Source: Candidatus Eiseniibacteriota bacterium
GTDB lineage: Bacteria; Eisenbacteria; RBG-16-71-46; JABDJR01
Length of the DNA: 64,000 nucleotides
Direction: 5' to 3'
NCBI GenBank assembly: GCA_963783375.1
Contig: CAWANH010000028.1
Span: 480,001 to 544,000, forward strand
Both the position numbers and the translations under genes were made by a program. Under the pieces are notes generated by a model. The model did not search any database. It saw only the letters and a program-made list of their open reading frames with translations, and was not told the DNA's origin. Shown here piece by piece: positions 54,428 through 62,932 of the stretch. The number at the start of each line of letters is the position of its first letter. Within the stretch, counting starts at the first letter, position 1.

Positions 54428-56230
54428 CTAGTCCAGGTCCGCCCGGTCCGAGTCCCCCATCTCCATTCCCCCGGGGAAGTACTCCTTCCAGCGGGCGTCC
54501 ACCTTCCGAGCGGTCTCCGGATCGCAGAAGAGCTCGTCCGGGAAGTCCGGTTTCAGGCGCGCATCGATCACCACCGGCGGCGTGTAGGAAACGTGGTGGC
54601 GGAGGGTGGACACCGATGCCGCGTAGATGTCCGCGGCGGGCTCGAACCGGGTGAAGGTCGTCCACAGGAACCGCGGGACGCTCCGGACCGCCTCGCGGGC
54701 ATCGTCCACCAGGACCACCAGCGGCCACTCCCGGAAGGCGGGGTGCGCGGCCAGGCGCGACGGGGCCTCGCGGTCGGCGGCCACCGAAGGCCCGGACACC
54801 ACCAGACACCCCGCGCAGAACACCTCCACCGCGGCGACCTCCGCCGGCGGCTCCCCGCGGAACTCGCGGGGAAGTTCGCGGACCGGATCGCCCACCCCCA
54901 ACAGAACCCCCTTCGATCCCTCGTTCACCGCGGGGCCGGTGTAGTCGAGGGTGTCCATGGAGAGGTTGGCGAAGACGTAGAGATCGGTGCGGAGGTCGGC
55001 CCGTTCCAGGACGTGCTCCAGCACCGATCGGAAATCGCGGAGGTCCTGTTCGCGATCCAGGACCAGGAGGAACTTGGTGAGCGAGAGCTGGCCCTCGCCC
55101 AGGATGCGAAACGCCGAGGCCATGGCCTCGCGTTTGTAGCGTTGCCGCACCACCGCCGCGGCCAGCGAGTGGTAGCCGGTTTCTCCGTAGGACCAGAGAT
55201 CCCGCACCGCGGGCATGACCAGGGGGAAGACCGGGGCGAGGAGCTCCTGGAGAAAATCCCCGATGTAGAAATCCTCCTGACGGGGCTTTCCCACCACGGT
55301 GGCGGGCAGCACCGCGTCCCGGCGGTGGAAGAGCGCCCGGCAATGAAAGACCGGGTAGTCGTGGCGGAGGGAGTAGTAGCCGTAGTGATCGCCGAAGGGA
55401 CCCTCGGGGGCGCGCTCCCCGGCCGGAACCCCGCCCACCAGCGCGAACTCCGCGGTGGAAGCCACCGGAAGCGGCCCCTCGGGGTTCTCGCTCATCGGCA
55501 GGCGCCGCCCGAGAACCAGGGAGGCCAGGAGAAGCTCCGGCACGTTCTCCGGGAGCGGAGCCACCGCGGCCAGGATCAAGGCCGGCGGCCCCCCCAGGAA
55601 CACGTTCACCGGGAGCGCCTCCCCCCGGGCCTCGGCCGCCGCGTAGTGGAACCCGCCCCCCTTCCCGATCTGCCAGTGCATGCCGGCCCGTTCGCGGTCG
55701 TACACCTGCATGCGATAGATCCCGAGGTTGTGGCCCGCCCCCCCGGGATGCTCGGTGTAGACCAGGGGAAGGGTGAGGAACGGGCCCCCGTCCTCGGCCC
55801 AGGTGGTGAGGACGGGTAGGCGGGTGAGATCGGGGGACCCCTCGGCGCGCTCCAGGACCGGGGCCGAGGCCCGCCGGTCGAGCCCGATCCGGGTGAGCCT
55901 TCCGAGCACCCCCCGCTCCGCCCACAGCCCGCCCACCGACGGCGGCATGAGCCGCTCGGGAAGGCGGGCGATGGCTTCGACGGTCTCCCGGGGGCGGGAA
56001 CCGAAGGCCATCTCCACCCGTTTCCGGGTCCCGAAGAGGTTGGTCACCACCGGAAACGGCGAGTCTCCCACCCGCTTGAACAGGAGCGCGGGACCCCCGG
56101 CGGCGATCACCCGCCGGTGGACCTCCGCCGCTTCCAGGCGCGGGTCGACCGGGACCTCGATCTCGGCCAGGTCCCCCTCGGCCCGGAGGGCGTCGAGAAA
56201 GGACCGCAGATCCAGATGGGCTTCGGCCAC
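54428..56230 (-). CDS. UbiD-family (prFMN) decarboxylase, long form; possibly menaquinone (futalosine) pathway
   Basis: GGPALLF, NLFGT, DGGPFLTLP, NLGIYRMQ, EGPFGDHYGYY, VGKPRQED, DTLDY. Confidence 0.88.
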   Translation of the reverse strand: MAEAHLDLRSFLDALRAEGDLAEIEVPVDPRLEAAEVHRRVIAAGGPALLFKRVGDSPFPVVTNLFGTRKRVEMAFGSRPRETVEAIARLPERLMPPSVGGLWAERGVLGRLTRIGLDRRASAPVLERAEGSPDLTRLPVLTTWAEDGGPFLTLPLVYTEHPGGAGHNLGIYRMQVYDRERAGMHWQIGKGGGFHYAAAEARGEALPVNVFLGGPPALILAAVAPLPENVPELLLASLVLGRRLPMSENPEGPLPVASTAEFALVGGVPAGERAPEGPFGDHYGYYSLRHDYPVFHCRALFHRRDAVLPATVVGKPRQEDFYIGDFLQELLAPVFPLVMPAVRDLWSYGETGYHSLAAAVVRQRYKREAMASAFRILGEGQLSLTKFLLVLDREQDLRDFRSVLEHVLERADLRTDLYVFANLSMDTLDYTGPAVNEGSKGVLLGVGDPVRELPREFRGEPPAEVAAVEVFCAGCLVVSGPSVAADREAPSRLAAHPAFREWPLVVLVDDAREAVRSVPRFLWTTFTRFEPAADIYAASVSTLRHHVSYTPPVVIDARLKPDFPDELFCDPETARKVDARWKEYFPGGMEMGDSDRADLD

Positions 56231-56336
56231 GTCGCTCCTCGGCTCACGCCTACCGGCCCGCCGGGCGGCGCCTCAGGGCGTCCCTCCCCCGGCCGGATGA
56301 TCCGCCCGGCCCGTCCCGGCGCGATCGCTACTGCGC

Positions 56337-58619
56337 CTAGTCCTTCCCCTGCATCCGCAGGAGGTTCAGCGCGCTCCCCGCCTTCCACCACGCCACCTGC
56401 TCCATGTTCAGGGTGTGCTTGAGCTCCACCTCGTCGGTGGCGCCGTCCCGGTGGTGGATGATGGCGGTCAGGGTCATGCCGGGCGCAAGATCCTGGAGAC
56501 CGGTGATGGTGATCTCGTCGGTTTCCTGCACCTTCTCGTAATCCGCCGGGTCCACGAAGGTCAAGGGCAGGAGCCCTTGCTTCTTCAGGTTCGTCTCGTG
56601 GATGCGGGCGAAGGAGCGGGCGATGATGGCCGCCGCCCCCAGGAACCGCGGCGACATCGCCGCGTGCTCACGGCTCGAGCCCTCGCCGTAGTTGTCGTCC
56701 CCCACCACCACCCAGCGCTTCCCGGCCGCCTTGAGCGCCCGGGCCACTTCCGGCACCGGCTGGTCCGCCTTGCCGGTGAGGGGGTTCCGGGTCGTTCCCC
56801 GCCCCCCGGTGAAGGCGTTGATGGCCCCGGTGAACATGTTGTCGCTGATCTTGTCCAGATGACCGCGGTAGCGGAGCCAGGGGCCCGCCGGGGAAATGTG
56901 ATCGGTGGTCGTCTTGCCCTTGGTCTTGAGGAGAAGCGGCAGGCGGTGGAACGCCTGCTCCCCGTTGGGGCGGGTGAAGGGCTGTAGCCTCTGGAGCCGG
57001 TTGCTCTCGGGATCCACCGCGACCTCGACCGACTCCGGGTTCTCGACCGGGGCGACGTACCCCTCGCGCGCGAACACGAACCCCTGGGAGGGGATGTCCG
57101 GCGCGGGCTTGGGCGGCTCGAGCTTCCACTCCGTTCCGTCCGGTCCGGCGATCGGGTCGGTGAGGGGGTTGAAGGAGAGCCGTCCGGCCAGGCCATAGGC
57201 CATGACCACCTCGGGGCTGGCGATGAAGGCCAGGGTCTCGGGGTTGGCGTCGTTTCGTCCGGGGAAATTCCGGTTGAACGAGGTGATGATGGTGTTCTTT
57301 TCCCCTCGTTTCACCTCGTCCCGTTGCCACTGGCCGATGCAGGGTCCGCAGGCGTTGGCCAGCACCGTCGCCCCCACCGCCTCCAGCTTCTGCATCTGTC
57401 CGTCACGGCGAATGGTGGCGAAGACCTGCTCGCTCCCCGGGGTGACCATGAGCGGGGTGGCCATCTTGTTCCCGTGCTTCGCCGCCTGCTCGGCCACGTC
57501 GGCCGCGCGCCCGATGTCCTCGTACGAGGAGTTGGTGCAGGAGCCGATGAGGCTCACCGAGATCCGGTCGGGGTACCCCTCCCGCTTCACCGCCTCGGCC
57601 ATCTTCGACACCGGACGGGCAAGATCGGGGGTGTGCGGGCCCACCAGGTGCGGCTCGAGGGTGGACAGGTCCAGCTCGAGCAGCTGGTGGTAGAACTTCC
57701 TCGGGTTCTGGAGCACCTCCTTGTCGGGAACCAGGAGATCCTCGTACTCGCGGGCGAGGGCGGCCAGCTCGCCCCGTTGGGTGGCCTCGAGGTAGGTGTC
57801 CATCCGTTCGTCGTGGGCGAAGACCGAGGTGGTGGCGCCGAGTTCGGCCCCCATGTTGCAGATCGTCCCCTTGCCGGTCGCGCTGATCGAGGCCGCCCCG
57901 GGGCCGAAGTACTCCACGATGTGGTTGGTGCCCCCCTTCACCGTGAGCTGGCCGCAGACCCAGAGGATCACGTCCTTGGGCGCGGTCCAGCCGGACAGGG
58001 AGCCGGTGAGATGCACCCCGATCAGCTTGGGCTGGAGGACCTCCCAGGGAAAGCCGGCCATGACGTCCACCGCGTCGGCTCCGCCGACCCCCACCGCGCA
58101 CATGCCCAGGCCGCCGGCGTTGGGGGTGTGGGAATCCGTCCCGATCATGAGCCCGCCGGGGAACGCGTAGTTCTCCAGCACCACCTGGTGGATGATCCCC
58201 GCCCCGGGCTGCCAGAATCCGATCCCGTACTTGGAGCTCACCGAACGCAGGAAATCGTAGACCTCGCGGTTCTCGGTGTTGGCGACGTTCAGATCGGCGG
58301 TCGAGCCGGAATGAGCGCGGATCAGGTGGTCGCAGTGGACGGTGGAGGGAACCGCGGCCTCTTGCTTCCCCGCCATCATGAACTGGAGGAGGGCCATCTG
58401 GGCGGTGGCGTCCTGCATGGCCACCCGGTCGGGACGAAGGGCGAGATACGCCTTGCCGGCATCGAGGTCCTGCTCCCGCGGGTTGTCGAGATGGCCGAAC
58501 ACGATCTTCTCGGCCAGGGTCAGGGGACGCTCCAGGCGGTCGCGGATGAGCTCCAGGTTCTTCCGGGATCGTTCGTAGGAGCTTCGGACCATTTCCGGAG
58601 TGGTTTCGATTCGGGCCAT
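56337..58619 (-). CDS. Aconitate hydratase (mitochondrial-like type)
   Basis: [63 protein letters not shown]. Confidence 0.96.
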   Translation of the reverse strand: MARIETTPEMVRSSYERSRKNLELIRDRLERPLTLAEKIVFGHLDNPREQDLDAGKAYLALRPDRVAMQDATAQMALLQFMMAGKQEAAVPSTVHCDHLIRAHSGSTADLNVANTENREVYDFLRSVSSKYGIGFWQPGAGIIHQVVLENYAFPGGLMIGTDSHTPNAGGLGMCAVGVGGADAVDVMAGFPWEVLQPKLIGVHLTGSLSGWTAPKDVILWVCGQLTVKGGTNHIVEYFGPGAASISATGKGTICNMGAELGATTSVFAHDERMDTYLEATQRGELAALAREYEDLLVPDKEVLQNPRKFYHQLLELDLSTLEPHLVGPHTPDLARPVSKMAEAVKREGYPDRISVSLIGSCTNSSYEDIGRAADVAEQAAKHGNKMATPLMVTPGSEQVFATIRRDGQMQKLEAVGATVLANACGPCIGQWQRDEVKRGEKNTIITSFNRNFPGRNDANPETLAFIASPEVVMAYGLAGRLSFNPLTDPIAGPDGTEWKLEPPKPAPDIPSQGFVFAREGYVAPVENPESVEVAVDPESNRLQRLQPFTRPNGEQAFHRLPLLLKTKGKTTTDHISPAGPWLRYRGHLDKISDNMFTGAINAFTGGRGTTRNPLTGKADQPVPEVARALKAAGKRWVVVGDDNYGEGSSREHAAMSPRFLGAAAIIARSFARIHETNLKKQGLLPLTFVDPADYEKVQETDEITITGLQDLAPGMTLTAIIHHRDGATDEVELKHTLNMEQVAWWKAGSALNLLRMQGKD

Positions 58620-59008
58620 TTGATGGTTCTCCCTGCTAAGTTCAAAAAAGTCTATGGATTATGGCGATCCAGACCGAGGCCTCGCCGCCGCCGCCCCACC
58701 GCCACCGCTCCACGGCCGGCGCGCGACGCGGGGATCGAGCCGGGGGACAACCAAGAATACGGCATTCCGCCGCCGCTTGCACGATCCCGGGGCACTCTCC
58801 GGTTGCCTGGCGCCGGGGCATCCCGACTTGTTCGATCCGGGGCGAAATGATACAAATACGATCCGATGAGCTGAGCGCCCCCGGCGTGCTTCGGCCCGGA
58901 AACGCCGGGGCGCGCGTGGGAGCCTCGGTCAGACGGAACCGGCGGCCCGTCCAGGCGACGACCGTCCGGGACGAGAGCAAGTCCATCAGCCACCAAGGAG
59001 GGTCCCCG

Positions 59009-59173
59009 ATGGAGAACGAGAACCGGAACCCCGCCCCCCGGTCCGAAGACGCGGCCGCCCAGGAAGACGTCGAACTCTTCGCGTCCTACACGGTGGAAGA
59101 GATCAACGAGCGCCGGGAGCTTTTCACGCCCGGCGCGACGATCTGGTACAGCTCGAACCAGCCCATCAGCTAG
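59009..59173 (+). CDS. 54-aa putative RiPP precursor peptide
   Basis: AAGGAGG RBS 7 nt before ATG; MENENRNPAPRSEDAAAQEDVELFASYTVEEINERRELFTPGATIWYSSNQPIS; host-like codon usage; directly upstream of a peptidase and an acyltransferase. Confidence 0.75.
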   Translation: MENENRNPAPRSEDAAAQEDVELFASYTVEEINERRELFTPGATIWYSSNQPIS

Positions 59174-59255
59174 GCGCCCCTTGGAGGCGCGGATTCGACC
59201 GACTTCGGGTCGCCGGAGGGACGGATCCCGGGCGCGCCGGGAGGAGGACACGGTT

Positions 59256-60446
59256 GTGGCCGGCGTCCCCCGCCTCGGCGAAGGCATTGAAGTTCCCACG
59301 CCCCGCGGGAGCGAGGACGACGTCGTGGTCGCTCTCCCCTCGGGGCGTTTCCTTGCCCTATCCGCCGATGCCGCCCGCTTTCTCCGCCTGGTCGACGGCC
59401 GGCGGGATCTTGCGGAGCTGGCCCGGCTCCACGCCGCCGAGCGCGACCGTCCCTTCACCCCCGAGGCGGCGGAACGGTTGATCCGGACGACCTTCCTCCC
59501 CGCGGGCCTGATCCATTTCGGCCAACCTCCCCCCGACCCCGGGCCTCCCCGCTCCCGCCTCTGGCTCCGCCTCCCCCTCATTCCCGCGGGAGCGGCCTCG
59601 TCCCTGGGCCGCCGCCTCGCCCCTCTCTTCGGCCGCCGCAGCGTGGTCCCCGGCCTCGTCCTGGCCGCGGGGCTCCACCTCGCGTTCTACCTGTCCCGCC
59701 CCCGGCTGGGCCTGGAGGGCGCCGGGCTCGGGAGCGAGGGCTGGCTCCCCGCGACCGCGCTCTACCTCCTGGGGTCGATCTGGCACGAGCTGGGGCACGT
59801 CGCCGCCCTCCGACGGTCCGGGGAAGCGCCGGGGGGAATCGGCCTCGGCATGTACTACGCCGTCCCGGTCTTTCACTCCGACGTCTCCCGCGCCTGGCTC
59901 CTCTCGCGCCGCGACCGGGCGACGGTGGACCTGGGGGGGATGTACTTCCAGGCGCTCTTCGCCGGCGGACTCTGCGCGGTCTACCTCGTTCTGGGGGGAG
60001 CGGCCTGGTCCAAGGCGATCCTCTTCACCGACCTCGCCCTGCTCCTCAACCTGAACCCGTTCCTTCGCATGGACGGCTACTGGCTGGTGGCCGATCTCAC
60101 CGGTTCGCTCGACCTCCGGGACAGTTCGCTCCGGCGCCTTCGATCGCCGGCCCGAGGCGCCCCGGCCCGCGCCTTCCGCGGACTCGGGATCTACGCCGTG
60201 GCGAGCCTCGTCTATCTCCTGGCCCTCTCCGCGTGGATGGCGGTGGCCGTCCTTCCCCGCGCGGTGACCACCCTCGCCGGGGCCGGGAGGGGGGCGCCGC
60301 TTCCCGGCCTGCTCTTCGCCGTTCTGGTGGTGGCCGGGACCGGCGTTTTCCTCGTCCGCTCGGCCGGGCTCATCTACCGGTTCGCCGCCGGCCCGCGAGC
60401 GGGCTCCTCCGATCCCCTCCCCGAGGGGCGGGCCGCCGGGCGATGA
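59256..60446 (+). CDS. Intramembrane Zn metallopeptidase (M50/site-2-like) with N-terminal PqqD/RRE-like domain
   Basis: WHELGH (HExxH), FHSDVS, NLNPFLRMDGYW (NxxPxxxxDG), multiple TM helices; N-terminal GRFLALS...FLRLVDGRRDLAELA; GTG start after GGAGGAGG. Confidence 0.85.
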   Translation: MAGVPRLGEGIEVPTPRGSEDDVVVALPSGRFLALSADAARFLRLVDGRRDLAELARLHAAERDRPFTPEAAERLIRTTFLPAGLIHFGQPPPDPGPPRSRLWLRLPLIPAGAASSLGRRLAPLFGRRSVVPGLVLAAGLHLAFYLSRPRLGLEGAGLGSEGWLPATALYLLGSIWHELGHVAALRRSGEAPGGIGLGMYYAVPVFHSDVSRAWLLSRRDRATVDLGGMYFQALFAGGLCAVYLVLGGAAWSKAILFTDLALLLNLNPFLRMDGYWLVADLTGSLDLRDSSLRRLRSPARGAPARAFRGLGIYAVASLVYLLALSAWMAVAVLPRAVTTLAGAGRGAPLPGLLFAVLVVAGTGVFLVRSAGLIYRFAAGPRAGSSDPLPEGRAAGR

Positions 60447-61660
60447 TGCCCGGCCTCCACCGCTCACTCCGGGACCTGGGGATCCTGGGCCGGGCCCTGG
60501 CCGGGGTTCCGCGCCGCCGCCGGGCCCTGGGGGGATTCGCCCCCCTCCTCCCGGTGAGCTTCTCCACCGCCCTCAGCGAGACCCATTCCCCCCGCGAGCT
60601 TCGGGCGCTGGCCCGCCGGTATCCCCTGGAACTGACCTTGAACGATCTCCTGAACCGGGAGGTCTCCCGGGGCCGCCCCGCCCACCGGATCGAGAACCCG
60701 TCCGCGGTCCGCCCGGAAGGCGGCGCCGGGATCCTGGTCTGCGCCATGCACCTCGGTCCGTTCCACCAGGTCACCGCCGAGCTCCTCCGGATCCGCGACC
60801 GGGCCGCGGTCTTCGCCTCCCGCCACATCGCCGGGCAGCTCCAAAGCGCCTGGAGCGGCGGCGCCCGTGCCCACGGGAAGCATCTCGAGGTCCTGGTGAG
60901 CGACGAGCGGCGAAGCGTCCCCCGGGCCTTGCGAACGCTGGCCGCGGGCGGTTGCGTGGTCATCTACATGGACGCCGACAACCGGGTGCGGGGGCTCGAA
61001 GGCCGGAGCGGCGGCTCGGTGGACCTCCGGTTTCTCGGGCTACCCCTTCGGGTCAGCTCGGGACCGGCGCGGCTGGCCCGGGCGGCCCGGGCGGACACCG
61101 TGCTCGCGGCGAGCTGGCGGGAGCGGGGGTTCCGCACGGTGGTGCGGTTCTCGCATCCCCTGCCCCCCCTGACCGAGGCCTCGGAGGAGACGGTCACTAG
61201 GCGCGTGGGGGCCATGTACGCCTGGTTCGAACCCCTCCTGCGCGCCCATCCCGAACAGTGGGACGGATGGCTTCCCCAGGTTCTCTACTGGTCGGAGACC
61301 GGGAAGCCGCCTTCGGCCGGCCGGACCCGGTTCGAGGCGGAGCGGCGGCGTCTGGAGAAACTGGTCCGCTCGGGGGAAAAGCGCGCACGCCTGTCCGCCG
61401 AGCCGGCCCACGTGGGATGGCTCTCGCGGGGGGAGGAGCGCTTGTTGATCCACGGGCCGCGGCGGCTGATTCTCAAGGGGGACCCGCTGGCGTGCGATCT
61501 GCTGGACGCCGCGCTCCGCCGGCGGAAGGTCTCCACGCTCCGCCGTTCCTTCCACGAGGAGCCGGAGCGATTGGCCGAGACCCTGGCCCGGCTCGAGCTT
61601 GCCGGGCTCCTCGCGGTCGAGACCGGGGCCCCGCGCCCGGCGGAGCCGGCAACACCCTGA
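60443..61660 (+). CDS. LpxL/LPLAT-like acyltransferase with C-terminal winged-helix (RRE-like) domain
   Basis: ATGA overlap; ILVCAMHLGPF, ALRTLAAGGCVVIYMD, LRFLG..LRV..GPARLA, LRAHPEQWDGW; C-terminal LLIHG..RLILKGD..CDLLD...LAETLARLELAGLL. Confidence 0.78.
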   Translation: MMPGLHRSLRDLGILGRALAGVPRRRRALGGFAPLLPVSFSTALSETHSPRELRALARRYPLELTLNDLLNREVSRGRPAHRIENPSAVRPEGGAGILVCAMHLGPFHQVTAELLRIRDRAAVFASRHIAGQLQSAWSGGARAHGKHLEVLVSDERRSVPRALRTLAAGGCVVIYMDADNRVRGLEGRSGGSVDLRFLGLPLRVSSGPARLARAARADTVLAASWRERGFRTVVRFSHPLPPLTEASEETVTRRVGAMYAWFEPLLRAHPEQWDGWLPQVLYWSETGKPPSAGRTRFEAERRRLEKLVRSGEKRARLSAEPAHVGWLSRGEERLLIHGPRRLILKGDPLACDLLDAALRRRKVSTLRRSFHEEPERLAETLARLELAGLLAVETGAPRPAEPATP

Positions 61661-61668
61661 CACAGCGC

Positions 61669-61699
61669 CGCCCCGAGGGGTTTCGAACCCCCCGGGGCG
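61669..61699. terminator. Hairpin between convergent genes
   Basis: CGCCCCGAGGGGTT-TCG-AACCCCCCGGGGCG just after the acyltransferase stop. Confidence 0.55.
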
Positions 61700-61730
61700 C
61701 GCGGTGAGGGCACCGTGTTACCCCGATCGA

Positions 61731-62426
61731 TCAACGATACAGCGACTTCACCCGCCCCCAGCTCACCGCCTCGACCGGCACCACCGGGATACAGCCGGGG
61801 ACGGGGAGACCCCCGCCGTCGGTGAGAAAGACCACGTCGCGATGCGAACTCGATCCGAACCCAAGGTCCCCGTCCAGCTTCCGCCCCCCCTTGACCACCC
61901 ACTCCCCGTCCTGGGACCCGCCCAGGGCCAGGAACCGGATCACCAGAACCGGATCGTCGGGGTCGGCCGGGTAGGAGATCCCGTCCCCGTCGGGGACCAG
62001 GGCCCCGCTACAGAGGGTGATCTTGAGCCCGTTCACCCGGCAGCCGGAGCCGAGGCCGGGCTCGGCCATGCCCTGCGGGTCATCGGCCAGTTCCAGCTCG
62101 CAGGCCGCGCCGGGCGCTCCCGAAACCAGGAGACCGGCTAGCCCCCCGATCACCAGATCGGCGGCGCCCTGGCCGTCGCAGGCGAACTGGATGCTCAGGT
62201 GGCTCGGATCCCGGTAGGTGATTTGTCCCTGATCGACCCTGTAGATCTTGTAGGTATAGGCGGCGACACCCTGCGTGCCGGGACCCTGAACGTCGGCCTG
62301 GATCACGAAGTCGAACCCCAGGTCGTGGCCCTCCTGGACCGAATCCCAGCAGGTATCCCCGGCCGCCGCCCCGGCCAATACAAGCACGCACAATACGGGG
62401 AGTGTTCCTCCCAGGATGCCTCTCAT
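61731..62426 (-). CDS. Secreted Cys-containing hypothetical protein with SWGxVKxLY tail
   Basis: Signal peptide MRGILGGTLPVLCVLVLAGAAAG; ends VVPVEAVSWGRVKSLYR. Confidence 0.8.
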   Translation of the reverse strand: MRGILGGTLPVLCVLVLAGAAAGDTCWDSVQEGHDLGFDFVIQADVQGPGTQGVAAYTYKIYRVDQGQITYRDPSHLSIQFACDGQGAADLVIGGLAGLLVSGAPGAACELELADDPQGMAEPGLGSGCRVNGLKITLCSGALVPDGDGISYPADPDDPVLVIRFLALGGSQDGEWVVKGGRKLDGDLGFGSSSHRDVVFLTDGGGLPVPGCIPVVPVEAVSWGRVKSLYR

Positions 62427-62932
62427 CTTCGGTGCTATCCCTTCGTTGCGTCGGCAATCACACCCCGCCCGCGCCCACACCCCCCGCGCCTACGGGTTGT
62501 CATCTGCACTTGACACGTCGGACAAAAAGAAAGGAGCCACCCTCCAACGCCGGTACGACGATGGAGGCGCCCCTAGGTCTTGTCCTGCAATTCCAACCGG
62601 AGCCGTTGTATTGCGGCTACCGGCCCGTGTCCCCGTGGAACAAGCATAGCAAACCGCAAGACCCGATTCAACGATTCTCGGGGTTCTTGCCCGCCTGGAG
62701 CCGATTTCAAGGTGATGCGCAATTCCATGTTCCGATCCGATATCTACGTAGACCTGATTTTATGTGATACAGGCGAAGTCCCCCGAAGCCGGGTGAGATC
62801 ACCCTTCGGTCGTCATGATGGACGCCCGGACCCGGCTTCGGTTACAGGACCGTCCCGGCAATTTGAAGAGGGGAAGCGGGGTGGGTTAAATTCCCCAGCC
62901 GGGCCGGGGACAGACCGGATCAATCGATCCGG

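Noticed and set aside
58661-59008. N-terminal 116 aa of ORF 58661..59173
   Set aside because: Low-complexity read-through of the divergent promoter region; the strong RBS points to ATG 59009 as the real start.
60443-61660. Ordinary lipid A lauroyl/myristoyl transferase (lpxL/htrB)
   Set aside because: No LPS genes nearby, altered catalytic motif, an extra C-terminal domain, and coupling to a peptidase and peptide. The family is retained but the gene symbol is not assigned.
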